Shown piece after piece: positions 49,180 through 58,884 of a stretch of DNA of 64,000 bases (position 1 is its first letter; every line of letters starts with the position of its first letter). The DNA lies in contig CP143273.1 of the NCBI GenBank assembly GCA_051013385.1, forward strand, positions 32,001 through 96,000, given 5' to 3'. The notes beneath the pieces were generated by a model. It did no database searches. It was not told the origin of the DNA and saw only the letters and a program-made list of their open reading frames with translations. The stretch is from Phormidium sp. Its GTDB lineage: Bacteria > Cyanobacteriota > Cyanobacteriia > Cyanobacteriales > Aerosakkonemataceae. Position numbers and translations under genes: made by a program.

Positions 49180-49231
49180 CATCATCATTTGGTATCCAAA
49201 ATTGGATTGTTAATTTGTCTGTGATTCAAAA

Positions 49232-49273
49232 AGAGCGATCGCATTTCCCATTTTCTGAAAAATGCGATCGCTC
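49232..49273 (-). terminator. Hairpin with HIP1 arms downstream of the PEP-CTERM gene
   Basis: GAGCGATCGCATTT...AAATGCGATCGCTC with a T run on the minus strand. Confidence 0.5.
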
Positions 49274-49319
49274 CAGTAATTATTTAGCCCTAACTTGCAA
49301 TTTAAACTTCAGAAACTAA

Positions 49320-50327
49320 CTAGGGCTTAGAAGTAACACTTTTGGTTGATTTACCTTTCCTTTCTAACAACAAAACAACACTAAAAGCCCCAAGTGCTAG
49401 CATAGAACTTGGTTCAGGTACGCTCACTGGTTCTAGGTCAATGTTTTTAGGCGGATTGTCGTCAATAGGCGGATTATTGTTAATAGGTGGATTATTGTTA
49501 ATAGGTGGATTGTGGTTAATAGGTGGATTGTGGTTAATAGGTGGTTGAGGTCGTACTGGTGGTTTTATTGCAGGTAAAAATCCCTTCAACGCGATCGCAT
49601 CATTAAAACATTCTTGAAACAAGCTAGCGATAAAGTCACCAGTAGGTAACAGCGACCGGGCAAAACTAAACCCAAAAGTGTGGGTTCCTCTGGCTCCGAA
49701 GCGACCGAAATCAAGACCTCTAAAATCGGCAGCAAAAATATCACCAATCTTGTTTCCAGAAGCAATCAAACTTTTAGTTGAATTACCAAAGGGAGAAGCG
49801 CTTTGAGCTAAATCTCCCATTGTTGCTCTTCCCCCATGACTGTTGACAAAATTAGTATAAGCGCTATTTGTAGGCCAACCATCATTGGCTAAAGCAACAC
49901 TTTTTGCGGTGACATTTTTATACACACCAGTTGTGCGAGCAGCAGAGTCATTGTTGGTAGTAAAGTTAATCCCAAATGTGCCGCTACGAGTGTGGAAAAA
50001 CATATCGCCCCAGCCAGTGTGACCATATCCCGTAGCATAGGGAACGGTAGCTCCTTGTTTGGGTAGGTTAGCATTTATTGCTACGGAAATTTTACCCGCA
50101 GCAACATCATCTTTAATGGCAAGACCAAAGATTTCAAAAATATTGCCGCCCACGTCGGTAGGCCCTCCAGACCAAAGGCGTGCTGTAGCATCGTTAAAGG
50201 AATCAATTGCATAATTCCAACCCCTATACAAAGTACCAGCTTCAGCTGGTTTATCAATAGCAGATAAGGAGCAAGTTGTTGTGATAATTGAAGTTAGGAA
50301 CAGGGAGCGAACTTTTATTTGACTCAT
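49320..50327 (-). CDS. PEP-CTERM exosortase-dependent surface protein
   Basis: Signal peptide; C-terminal VPEPSS, TM helix and basic tail; Pro/Asn repeat linker. Confidence 0.9.
   Translation of the reverse strand: MSQIKVRSLFLTSIITTTCSLSAIDKPAEAGTLYRGWNYAIDSFNDATARLWSGGPTDVGGNIFEIFGLAIKDDVAAGKISVAINANLPKQGATVPYATGYGHTGWGDMFFHTRSGTFGINFTTNNDSAARTTGVYKNVTAKSVALANDGWPTNSAYTNFVNSHGGRATMGDLAQSASPFGNSTKSLIASGNKIGDIFAADFRGLDFGRFGARGTHTFGFSFARSLLPTGDFIASLFQECFNDAIALKGFLPAIKPPVRPQPPINHNPPINHNPPINNNPPINNNPPIDDNPPKNIDLEPVSVPEPSSMLALGAFSVVLLLERKGKSTKSVTSKP
49449..49544. repeat. 5 x 18-bp coding repeat (PPINHN/PPINNN/PPIDDN)
   Basis: Visible in both DNA and protein. Confidence 0.9.
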
Positions 50328-50614
50328 GGTAGATTGATTTCCTGGTTAGGCAAAACAGAGCTTCTGTTTGCGATCGACTTAGTTAGTTTGTCGATCGCCT
50401 CAGCAAGCATTTTTGATCAGAAAAAAACCGTTAATGTCTTCTACACCCTTAAAAACGGTAGTATCATTATTTACTTCATTAAGGCTTCTACTTAATTACA
50501 GCACTAGCGAACACAGCTTTATGGTTCAGTATTTGGCTCAATTTGTCATCGAGTTAAGGGTGAGCCAACATGAGCCACAATAGAAGTTAATCAAAAGCCT
50601 GCTAGGAGATTGAG

Positions 50615-52012
50615 GTGATGGATACTTTCAGGGCATCTATCCAAGGGCTAGAAAGGGTTGATGAATTGAGACAAAAGCGAGGTTGGTCAAAAACAGAGGA
50701 TGCTTGGTGGGGATTGGCTAATACTTCCAAGGCAACTTTAAAACGATTTTGGAGAAGGATACCAATTCAAGAAGCTGCTTTTAGCAATATTTGTCAAGCT
50801 GTCGGACTGGATAACTGGGAAGAAATTGTCGATCGTAGTTTGATTGAGCATTCGACTAAGATTAACTCTTATCTTGATGATGAAGATGGGTGGGTGGGTC
50901 GATCGCAACTCCTTACCCAGCTAAGTGCTAAACTTCAAGGAGCCTGTAGAATCCTCATCCTCACTGGCATTACTGGCATCGGAAAAACCGCTTTAGCCCA
51001 AAGATTGGCGATGCAGTTACAAGGCGATTTCCCCCAAGTATTCCGCGTAAATTTTGACAATCAGGAAAATACAGACTTTATTAATGTAGCAGATCAATTA
51101 CTGACAGGTTGGGGAGAAACTGTCACGCCAGAAAATCGTAAAGAGCCACAGCAGTTACTCCTTTGGGTAGTCAGTCAGTTGCGGCAAAATCGCTATTTAT
51201 TAGTCATCGATTCGCTAGAACTGATCTTAGAAGGAAATGCAGAAACGGGATGGAGTAATTTTAAGGATCGGTGGTGGGAGAATTTTTTTCAAAGTTTGCT
51301 ATCTACAAATTCTTGCCAGAGTCGCATCATTCTCACATCTCAAGATTTACCAGGGCAATTAGAAGTTGTTGGTTTGCGTTATCCAATCTTTTGGTATTGT
51401 CAATCTTTGCGCGGATTTACGAAAGCAGAACAGTTAGAGTTTTTTCACAAAACCGGGTTAGATGTTAGCACAGAATCACCTGCCAAAACTTATTTAGAAA
51501 GAATTGGTGCTGCTTATGAAGGACATCCTTTAGCATTAAGAGCGATCGCCGGAGAAATTATCAACCATCCTTTCAACCGCAATGTTATCGCATATTGGAA
51601 ACAATATGGGCATGAAATAGAAGAAGTTGAGCAGATTAAGCAACAACCAGAAATTGAATCAGCAGCAGATTCTTTAAAGCTCGATCGCTACAATCGCAAC
51701 TTACAAAGAGCAGTAAAACAGCAACTTGAAAAAACCTTCGATCGCCTAGCTAAAGATGTCCCCCATGCTTATTTACTATTAAGCTTTAGTTCCGTATATC
51801 GTCGCGCCGTACCAGAAAGTTTTTATCTTAAAACTTTGGCAGGTTTCGGGTTAGATGGAGAGCGGCAAGAAATAGCTTTAGATGCGTTGCGCGATCGCTA
51901 CTTACTTGAAGAAGAAGTAACTAACGATGATTTGCTTTTAAGACAACACAATTTAATTCGCAGTGTAGCCTTATCTCACCTGAAAAACTGGAAAACTAAG
52001 GGGCAACTATGA
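50615..52012 (+). CDS. XRE-like HTH plus NB-ARC/STAND NTPase with no C-terminal repeats
   Basis: S.ATLKRFW...I...F..ICQAVG; WVGR; GITGIGKT; LLVID; IILTS; GHPLAL. Confidence 0.85.
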   Translation: MMDTFRASIQGLERVDELRQKRGWSKTEDAWWGLANTSKATLKRFWRRIPIQEAAFSNICQAVGLDNWEEIVDRSLIEHSTKINSYLDDEDGWVGRSQLLTQLSAKLQGACRILILTGITGIGKTALAQRLAMQLQGDFPQVFRVNFDNQENTDFINVADQLLTGWGETVTPENRKEPQQLLLWVVSQLRQNRYLLVIDSLELILEGNAETGWSNFKDRWWENFFQSLLSTNSCQSRIILTSQDLPGQLEVVGLRYPIFWYCQSLRGFTKAEQLEFFHKTGLDVSTESPAKTYLERIGAAYEGHPLALRAIAGEIINHPFNRNVIAYWKQYGHEIEEVEQIKQQPEIESAADSLKLDRYNRNLQRAVKQQLEKTFDRLAKDVPHAYLLLSFSSVYRRAVPESFYLKTLAGFGLDGERQEIALDALRDRYLLEEEVTNDDLLLRQHNLIRSVALSHLKNWKTKGQL

Positions 52013-53466
52013 CAAATTATTTCCCGGAATCAGAACTAAAAAATCAAGCATCTCTCAAAGAGATTAACTTTACTACTGGTGGCGAATTAGTATTGCATCA
52101 GTTGGGTATTGATTTGTCAACATCTCAACTGCTCAATCTTTCTCCTTGGGAATTTGCTCATTACATGGCTATAGAAAATTGGCTGACTGAATATCAACCT
52201 AAACCCGATGCTTCTTACCTAGAACAAGTCCAGGGATATTTGGAAGCATTCCACCATCTTTGCGAACTTTCTGATTGGGAAAAAGCAAGTAGGATACTTT
52301 TTATTAACCACAATTATAGCAGTAAACCCTTACACGAACAACTAGGTAATTGCGGTTACTATCGCGAACAAATAGAGCTTTACAGTAGACTTTTAGACAA
52401 ATTAAATCGAGATTTAGATTGTATTTTTCTCCATGGCTTAGGTTGGGCTTATTACCATTTAGGACAGCCAGTTCCTGCTATTGATTACCATCAAAAACTA
52501 TTAGAAATTGCCTGTGAAATTCAAAACCGTAAAGCAGAAGCGCAAGCCAGAGGTGGCTTAGGTAGAATCTATTATTGGTGTTTAGATCGATTCGAGATTG
52601 CACTAGGACACTATCAGGAACAATTAAAAATTGCTCGTGAAATCAAAGAGCAAAAACAAGAAATAGAAGCACTCGATGGTTTAGCCGATGTTTATATGAT
52701 TTTCGGCAAATTCCAAAAGTCGATTCAATATCTTCAACAAGCCTTGATAATATCTCGTCAAATCGGAGATGTAGACATGGAGTTAATTATCTTAAAGAGT
52801 TTAGGTAGCGCTTACAGATTGATGGGACGGTCCGATCGAGGATTGAAATTTTGTCAACAAATATTAGATAATTACGATCGGATTAGCGATCGCCGTCAAC
52901 AATGGTCAATCCTACAGGAGTTGGGTACTATATACATTACTCTAAATCAATATCAAAATGCCATAGAATACCTGGAAAAAGCTTTGCAAATTATTCAAGA
53001 GATTGGCGATAAATTTGGAGAAAGTCATACCTTAGCTGCTATCGGTGCTATGTACGCTCGATCGGGAAAATATGATACGGCAATTAGTTACTTTAAACCA
53101 CATTTAAGGATAACTCAAAAAATTGGAAACCGCTACTTAGAAGGTTTTGCTAGAGCGAATATTTCTTATTGCTACGGATGTTCAAAACAGGATAAAAAGG
53201 CGATAATATATGCTAAATCGGCGATGAAGATTGCTCGTGAAATTGGCGATCGACAGTTAAAAGGCACATCTATAATTATGTTTGCTTGTGCCTACTGGTA
53301 CAAGAAAAAATATTTGCGTAGTTTGCTCTTAGCAGCGATCGCCATCATAATTCTTCCCCCTTGGAGAAGTGAAAATGGTAAAGTCCTATTCAATACAGTA
53401 ATTAAGACGATCGGCAAACTTTTGGCAACAATCATTAAACATTTTTTAAATATTTTTAATCCGTGA
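52009..53466 (+). CDS. TPR repeat protein
   Basis: Multiple LG..Y...G....AI.Y.Q.AL.I.REI repeats; ATGA overlap with upstream gene. Confidence 0.9.
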   Translation: MTNYFPESELKNQASLKEINFTTGGELVLHQLGIDLSTSQLLNLSPWEFAHYMAIENWLTEYQPKPDASYLEQVQGYLEAFHHLCELSDWEKASRILFINHNYSSKPLHEQLGNCGYYREQIELYSRLLDKLNRDLDCIFLHGLGWAYYHLGQPVPAIDYHQKLLEIACEIQNRKAEAQARGGLGRIYYWCLDRFEIALGHYQEQLKIAREIKEQKQEIEALDGLADVYMIFGKFQKSIQYLQQALIISRQIGDVDMELIILKSLGSAYRLMGRSDRGLKFCQQILDNYDRISDRRQQWSILQELGTIYITLNQYQNAIEYLEKALQIIQEIGDKFGESHTLAAIGAMYARSGKYDTAISYFKPHLRITQKIGNRYLEGFARANISYCYGCSKQDKKAIIYAKSAMKIAREIGDRQLKGTSIIMFACAYWYKKKYLRSLLLAAIAIIILPPWRSENGKVLFNTVIKTIGKLLATIIKHFLNIFNP

Positions 53467-53470
53467 AATA

Positions 53471-53534
53471 GTAGGGACAGGGCATAGTTAATATTTGACA
53501 ACTTTCCCAAAAATTACAGATGCCCTGTCCCTAC
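53471..53534. repeat. REP doublet (REPIN), same family as those flanking the RAYT
   Basis: GTAGGGACAGGGCA ... TGCCCTGTCCCTAC. Confidence 0.9.
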
Positions 53535-53555
53535 CTTTTTAAATTTACTTTAAAT

Positions 53556-53994
53556 TTAGCGCCTTTCCTCCAACCAATTCACCAAATCAGAAACATCAGA
53601 AAAATCAAACAAAGCCTCGTTTAAATCCTCCAATTGTGCCACAGATAAAACCTGAATTCGTGCTTGTAACTCAGGTGAGAACACACCAAAACGCCGCGTC
53701 AGCGGACGCATCACCATCCTCAGAGCTTCTTCTTGTCTTCCCTCTTCCAAAATATCTTGAAAAATCACCGATTCCCGCATACTTCTCTCCCGGAACAAAT
53801 TCCGAATCAAATTTTTGTTAAACCTTAATCCTGCTAGAACTTCAGTAGATAGTGACAGAATCAGCGCGAATTGGTTCTAAACTTAATTCAGTTTTTAACA
53901 CCTCGACGCTAGTTGTCGGTTCTCCCAATAACCAACTTGCGAATTTCTCAGGATACTTCTCGGCTAGATACTTGCATAAATTGTCAAATTGCAT
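53556..53994 (-). pseudogene. Rpn/DUF4351 family protein, internally deleted and frameshifted
   Basis: MQFDNLCKYLAE...EPIRADS joined out of frame to EVLAGL...MRESVIFQDI..EG...LE.L.EAL.DF. Confidence 0.8.
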
Positions 53995-54015
53995 CTGATT
54001 TTAGATTAAAAATAG

Positions 54016-54067
54016 GTACGTTGTTGGGCTTTAGCGCTAACAAGAGCGCTGAAGCGCAACAACGTAC
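54016..54067. repeat. Long imperfect palindrome / possible terminator
   Basis: GTACGTTGTTG...CAACAACGTAC. Confidence 0.65.
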
Positions 54068-54086
54068 TTAATATTAGCAACTGGCG

Positions 54087-54938
54087 TTATTTACTGACAA
54101 TTCCCGACCATTGCACTTTTTTTAACTGATCTCGGCGATAAGAAAAGAAGTAATCAGGTTGTTGATAAGTACAATGGGGAGAAATTGCTATTTGTTGTTC
54201 CGTAATTCCCATTTGGTTTAACTGTAATTCATTGATTCGGCGGACATCTAAACGCACTTTTCCGGGTTCGGAATCTGGGAAAATGGGAGAATTTGGTAAT
54301 TCTTGTAAAGCAGTTAAAATTGCTGTTTCCGAGTCAGCAGAAACAACGGTAGCGCCAACTTCTGCTGCTACTTCTTGAGAAACTTGATATACTTCTCCGG
54401 TAATGGCAGGGCCCATTGCGATGCGAAGATTTTCTAATTTGCTACCTTGGGAGAGGAGACGTGCGATCGCCAACGGTACAATTCTCTTAGCCGTACCCCG
54501 CCAACCTGCATGAATAGCCGCTACCTGTCCCGTTATTTCATCAGCAATTAAAACCGGAGTACAATCAGCAGTACAAACCCAAACCGCCTGCATTTCCCGT
54601 TCACTCACCAAAGCATCAGCTGGCGGTAAAGACTCAAACTCCGCCGTTCCCGCATCTTTTTCTCCACCCAAAAACTCTCTCACTTCACTGGGAGTTAACA
54701 CAACACTACCATGCACCTGTCTTACTCGGTAAAACTGAGCATCCTTGTGCAAAACCTGTACCAAATCTACCGGAAAACGTGGCGCAAACTGTCGGGTAAA
54801 AAAGCCATGCTGCCAGTTTGCCAACAAGCTACAAGTTAAATAAGGCAACCCTTCCCAAAAACACCATTGCCAAGTAGGGAAAGAATTAGCAGAATTGTTT
54901 AGTTCCAGTTCAGTTGTTTGGGGAGAAATCACGCTCAC
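54087..54938 (-). CDS. pgeF: Peptidoglycan editing factor PgeF (YfiH)
   Basis: QVHG, TADCTP, HAGWRG, CT...FFSYRR. Confidence 0.92.
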   Translation of the reverse strand: MSVISPQTTELELNNSANSFPTWQWCFWEGLPYLTCSLLANWQHGFFTRQFAPRFPVDLVQVLHKDAQFYRVRQVHGSVVLTPSEVREFLGGEKDAGTAEFESLPPADALVSEREMQAVWVCTADCTPVLIADEITGQVAAIHAGWRGTAKRIVPLAIARLLSQGSKLENLRIAMGPAITGEVYQVSQEVAAEVGATVVSADSETAILTALQELPNSPIFPDSEPGKVRLDVRRINELQLNQMGITEQQIAISPHCTYQQPDYFFSYRRDQLKKVQWSGIVSK

Positions 54939-55024
54939 AAAACTTTAGAAAACGACAGCGCTTTCTATGCTAACCTAATACCAAGATTTACTAAATCAAA
55001 AATCGCCTTTTCAAAAATCGCAAA

Positions 55025-55846
55025 TTGATTGTGGGATTCGATCGCCAAAAATTTACCGAAGCTCTGGAAACACTAAAACAGAACTATCACCATCAACAGC
55101 AACCTGTCAACAACCAAACCTTTACACTTCACCTATTTGACATACTCCCTTCCACCAATCAAAAACTTTGGCAATTAATTGAACAAGGCGCACCACCAGG
55201 AACCGTCGTCATCGCCAGCGAACAACAAGCAGGCAAAGGTCAATGGGGTCGGCAGTGGTATTCGCCCCCTGGTGGATTATACTTATCTGTGTCATTAGCT
55301 CCCAATTTACCAGTAAAACAGGGTGCCCAACTAACCATGAGTAGCGCTTGGGGAATAGCGCAAAATTTACGCAAACTTGGTATACCAGTCAACCTCAAAT
55401 GGCCTAACGATCTGGTAATTTCTAAATATAAACTTGGGGGCATTCTTACAGAAACCAGGGTGCAGCAAGAGCGCATCACCAAAGCAGTAATTGGTGTTGG
55501 TATCAATTGGGTTAACCCAGTTCCAGAAACAGGCATAAACCTGCAATCTTGGCAAGAAAATCATCCTGGATTAATATCTTCACTAGAAATGTTAGCTGCC
55601 CTTACCTTAACGGGAATCGTATCGGGATACGATTACTGGCAGCAGGAAGGAGTAGCTGCTCTGTTGCTGTCTTACGAAAAATTGCTAAATAACTTATGGT
55701 GTTCAGTAGAAATTAATGGACAACAAGCAGTGATAGTTGGAGTTTCTGAAAATGGGGACTTGCGAGTTTGCTTAAATAATGCTGGGGAAACCCCCGCTTC
55801 GGAAATACATCTACCAGTCGGTACAATCAATTTGGGTTATTCTTAA
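55025..55846 (+). CDS. birA: Biotin--acetyl-CoA carboxylase ligase
   Basis: STN, Q.AGKGQWGR.W.SP, KWPND, KLGGIL.E. Confidence 0.92.
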   Translation: MIVGFDRQKFTEALETLKQNYHHQQQPVNNQTFTLHLFDILPSTNQKLWQLIEQGAPPGTVVIASEQQAGKGQWGRQWYSPPGGLYLSVSLAPNLPVKQGAQLTMSSAWGIAQNLRKLGIPVNLKWPNDLVISKYKLGGILTETRVQQERITKAVIGVGINWVNPVPETGINLQSWQENHPGLISSLEMLAALTLTGIVSGYDYWQQEGVAALLLSYEKLLNNLWCSVEINGQQAVIVGVSENGDLRVCLNNAGETPASEIHLPVGTINLGYS

Positions 55847-55872
55847 AAAATTTTGTGACTAATTAATACGGT

Positions 55873-57720
55873 GTGATGGAAATGGAAAAACCAGATTACG
55901 AAAACGAGCAAATAAAAGTAAAGAACCCAGAAAATCAACCAACAGAAAGAGCAGTAAGCGATTCGCCTAATTCTGCTGATTTTTGGCAACGTTCCTTGCT
56001 GATGAATGGGTTAGGGTGCTTGGGAGCGATAAGCCTAACGGCACGCTTCGCGATCGCATTTCTTAGCAGTAGTATAGTTTGGGTGGACAATTCTCACTCC
56101 GGCACAGCCCTCGCTGCACCCGACATCCCAGACATCATGCCCAAAGCAGTGCCAGACGCTCCCACATCAGCAACAAAAGCGCCTGAGCCAGTATTCATTA
56201 GACGCACCCCCAACCCTTCACCCAGTAACACCAGAACTCGCACTCAAAACCGAGTTTCTCAATCTCGGAGCAACAGCGGCAACAACAGCACCAACTCCTA
56301 CATTGACCCAACAGATTACAACATCGGAGCAACCAGTAGACGAGATCTCCCTGGACGTTCCTATCAACCACCCAGCGCAGTAGTATTCCGGGAACGTAAC
56401 AAACCTCGTCAGCGAGTAGTTAGAGAACAATTCACTATTGAAAAGCCTAGCGCAGATGTAGCAAAAGTCAGACCCAGAGCCAGAAGAAGTACTGTAACTG
56501 TTCGCCGTCGTGATACATCCCGCACTCAAATTAGCCGTACCCCCAGAACTTTCGACGTTGAGCGCCCAAGTTCTGCCGAAATCAGTCGCGCCCCTAGAAC
56601 TTATGAAATCGAACGACGTACTCGTTCTACCCGAATTAGTCGCGCCCCTAGAAGAACTTATGAAATCGAACGACGTACTCGTTCTACCCGAATCAGTCGC
56701 GCCCGCAGAACTTATGAAATCGAACGACGTACTCGTTCTACCGAAATCAGTCGCGCCCGCAGAACTTTTGAAATTGAGCGTATAACTATAGAACCTTCAA
56801 ACTCCCGTATTTCCCGAAGACGTTCCCATGAAGGAATACAGAATACCGAAACAGCTAGAGCAACGCGACGGCGAGGTACAACCATAGCAGCTGCCAATCA
56901 AGTGAGAGTTGGCCCAATTAAGGTAACTCCCAATGGCATCAAGATGAGTCGCAGTGGAGTGATTAGAAGGGGTGAAACTCAAATTGCCAGCACTAATATC
57001 AATGGGTTAATCGGCGGTTCCCGGAACAATCAAATTTCTCGGAATCGGGCTTTAAGTTATTATTACAACTCCGTCAACCCCAGCGATTCATCAGATAACG
57101 AATCCAACCACACCAATCTAGCCATGATTTTCCCCTTGGCTATTCCCGCCCAAATTACTTCTATGTTTGGCTGGCGAATCCACCCTGTTACAGGAGAGAG
57201 GGGTTTTCATGCTGGCACAGATATTGGCGCACCGATGGGAACACCTGTGTTAGCGGCTCATGCGGGTAGGGTAGCCCTTGCTGATTTCTTGGGCGGTTAC
57301 GGTTTGGCAGTGGTATTGCGTCACAATCAAGATGCACAAGAAACTCGCTACGGTCATCTATCGGAAGTTACAGTTAAACCTGGAGATTGGGTAGAACAGG
57401 GCACAGTTATCGGTCGAGTTGGTGAGAGCGGTCATTCAAATGGCCCTCACCTGCATTTTGAAGTCCGGGAACAAACACCCCAAGGTTGGGTAGCTAAAGA
57501 CCCCGGAGTGCAGTTGGAATATTCTCTAGCTCGATTGGTGCGGGCTTTCCAAAGTGGTCAGGCAACTTTACCACAGGAAGTCCAACCTTATGAGGTGCCA
57601 CCAAATACCTTACAAACAGAAAAGTTATCGCCCCAAATTCCGGTACCTAGCGCTGAGTTACCTGTAATCGCTATACCTGGAACGGATGCACCGCCTGCGT
57701 TGTTTTCTGCTGGCGAGTAA
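55873..57720 (+). CDS. M23 family metallopeptidase with long Arg-rich linker; start uncertain
   Basis: HAGTD, YGHL, GPHLHFE. Confidence 0.9.
   Translation: MMEMEKPDYENEQIKVKNPENQPTERAVSDSPNSADFWQRSLLMNGLGCLGAISLTARFAIAFLSSSIVWVDNSHSGTALAAPDIPDIMPKAVPDAPTSATKAPEPVFIRRTPNPSPSNTRTRTQNRVSQSRSNSGNNSTNSYIDPTDYNIGATSRRDLPGRSYQPPSAVVFRERNKPRQRVVREQFTIEKPSADVAKVRPRARRSTVTVRRRDTSRTQISRTPRTFDVERPSSAEISRAPRTYEIERRTRSTRISRAPRRTYEIERRTRSTRISRARRTYEIERRTRSTEISRARRTFEIERITIEPSNSRISRRRSHEGIQNTETARATRRRGTTIAAANQVRVGPIKVTPNGIKMSRSGVIRRGETQIASTNINGLIGGSRNNQISRNRALSYYYNSVNPSDSSDNESNHTNLAMIFPLAIPAQITSMFGWRIHPVTGERGFHAGTDIGAPMGTPVLAAHAGRVALADFLGGYGLAVVLRHNQDAQETRYGHLSEVTVKPGDWVEQGTVIGRVGESGHSNGPHLHFEVREQTPQGWVAKDPGVQLEYSLARLVRAFQSGQATLPQEVQPYEVPPNTLQTEKLSPQIPVPSAELPVIAIPGTDAPPALFSAGE
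56521..56780. repeat. About 5 x 54-57-bp coding tandem repeat
   Basis: ISRA(P/R)RTYEIERRTRST units. Confidence 0.9.
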
Positions 57721-57751
57721 TTTCTAGGCAGGGGAGATGGGGGGCTCTCGG

Positions 57752-57885
57752 TGCAGGGGGGCAGAGGGGCAGAGGGGCAGAGGGGCAGAGGGGCAGAGGG
57801 GCAGGGGAGCAAGAAAACTCTTTAACTCAAAACTCAAAACTCAAAACTCAAAACTCAAAACTCAAAACTTCCCCCTGTCCCCAGT
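57752..57885. repeat. STRR arrays (AGGGGCAG; AACTCAA)
   Basis: Tandem units between convergent genes. Confidence 0.9.
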
Positions 57886-57887
57886 CT

Positions 57888-58541
57888 TCAAAGATAGCCG
57901 TTTTCGATTAAGAATTCTGGTGTTATGCTTTGGGATGATTTGGGGAAATTTACGAGTTTTTCGACGTATTTGCCTAAGATATCGGCTTCTAGGTTTACTT
58001 GGCTACCGTTTTTTAATAGGTAGAGGTTGGTGTGGGCGTAGGTGTGGGGAATGACTGCGACTTTGAACCATCTGCCGTCTGTGTTGGATTCGGCTACGGT
58101 TAAGCTTACGCCGTTTACGGTGATGCTGCCTTTGGGGACGATGTAACGGGCGACTGATTCGGGGGCAGTAAAACTTATTTCCCAGGAGTTGGCGGTTTGT
58201 TCTACTGTTTCTAGACAACCTACTCCGTCAATGTGTCCGGTTACGAAGTGTCCGCCTAGTTTGCTTCCGACTCGGAGTGAGGTTTCTAGGTTGACGCTGT
58301 TGTATTCTAGTTTTTCTTTGCCTAAGCGGGTGCGACTGAGGGTTTCTCTTGAGGCGGTGGCTAGAAATCCTTGGGCTAGTATTTCTTCGACGGTGAGGCA
58401 AATGCCGTCTACGGCTACGCTGTCACCGATCGCTAAATCCCCCAAAATCACTTCGGCTGTCTGTTGGGCACAGGTGATGCTGACGCGATCGCCACTCTGA
58501 AATTGAATCGTTCCTAAACTCTGAATTAGTCCTGTAAACAC
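57888..58541 (-). CDS. ribE: Riboflavin synthase (alpha chain), GTG start
   Basis: (M)FTGLI, GDSVAVDG.CLTV, GGHFVTGHID, KGSI.VNGVSLTV. Confidence 0.93.
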   Translation of the reverse strand: MFTGLIQSLGTIQFQSGDRVSITCAQQTAEVILGDLAIGDSVAVDGICLTVEEILAQGFLATASRETLSRTRLGKEKLEYNSVNLETSLRVGSKLGGHFVTGHIDGVGCLETVEQTANSWEISFTAPESVARYIVPKGSITVNGVSLTVAESNTDGRWFKVAVIPHTYAHTNLYLLKNGSQVNLEADILGKYVEKLVNFPKSSQSITPEFLIENGYL

Positions 58542-58884
58542 GGCTTTTAGAAAAATTTTATTTTTAGTTCCTAATTTTATGGTATATATGCCTCTCAAAC
58601 CTACTTGTCCAACCACCTGAAGGAATGTAATTTTTTTAGGGAAATGTGAAAATTTTGCTGGCACGGTTAGGATCAGAGTCAAGACCCTGGCATACTAGGG
58701 AATGTAAAGACATTCTTATTGAATGGTATCGGTTTGACTTCGCCTGGTTATAACTGCCAGTATTGAGTTTAATCGGTCACTTTCTCAAACCCTAAACTCT
58801 AGGGTACTAACCTTAAAAAGTTCAGTACCAGATTATCGTATAAATGTAATCTCCTTTGCCAAAGGTATTCTATAGGCTAAACCA

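Noticed and set aside
56521..56780. Regularly spaced repeats resembling a CRISPR array
   Set aside because: The units are contiguous, in frame within the M23 CDS, have no unique spacers, and no cas genes are present.
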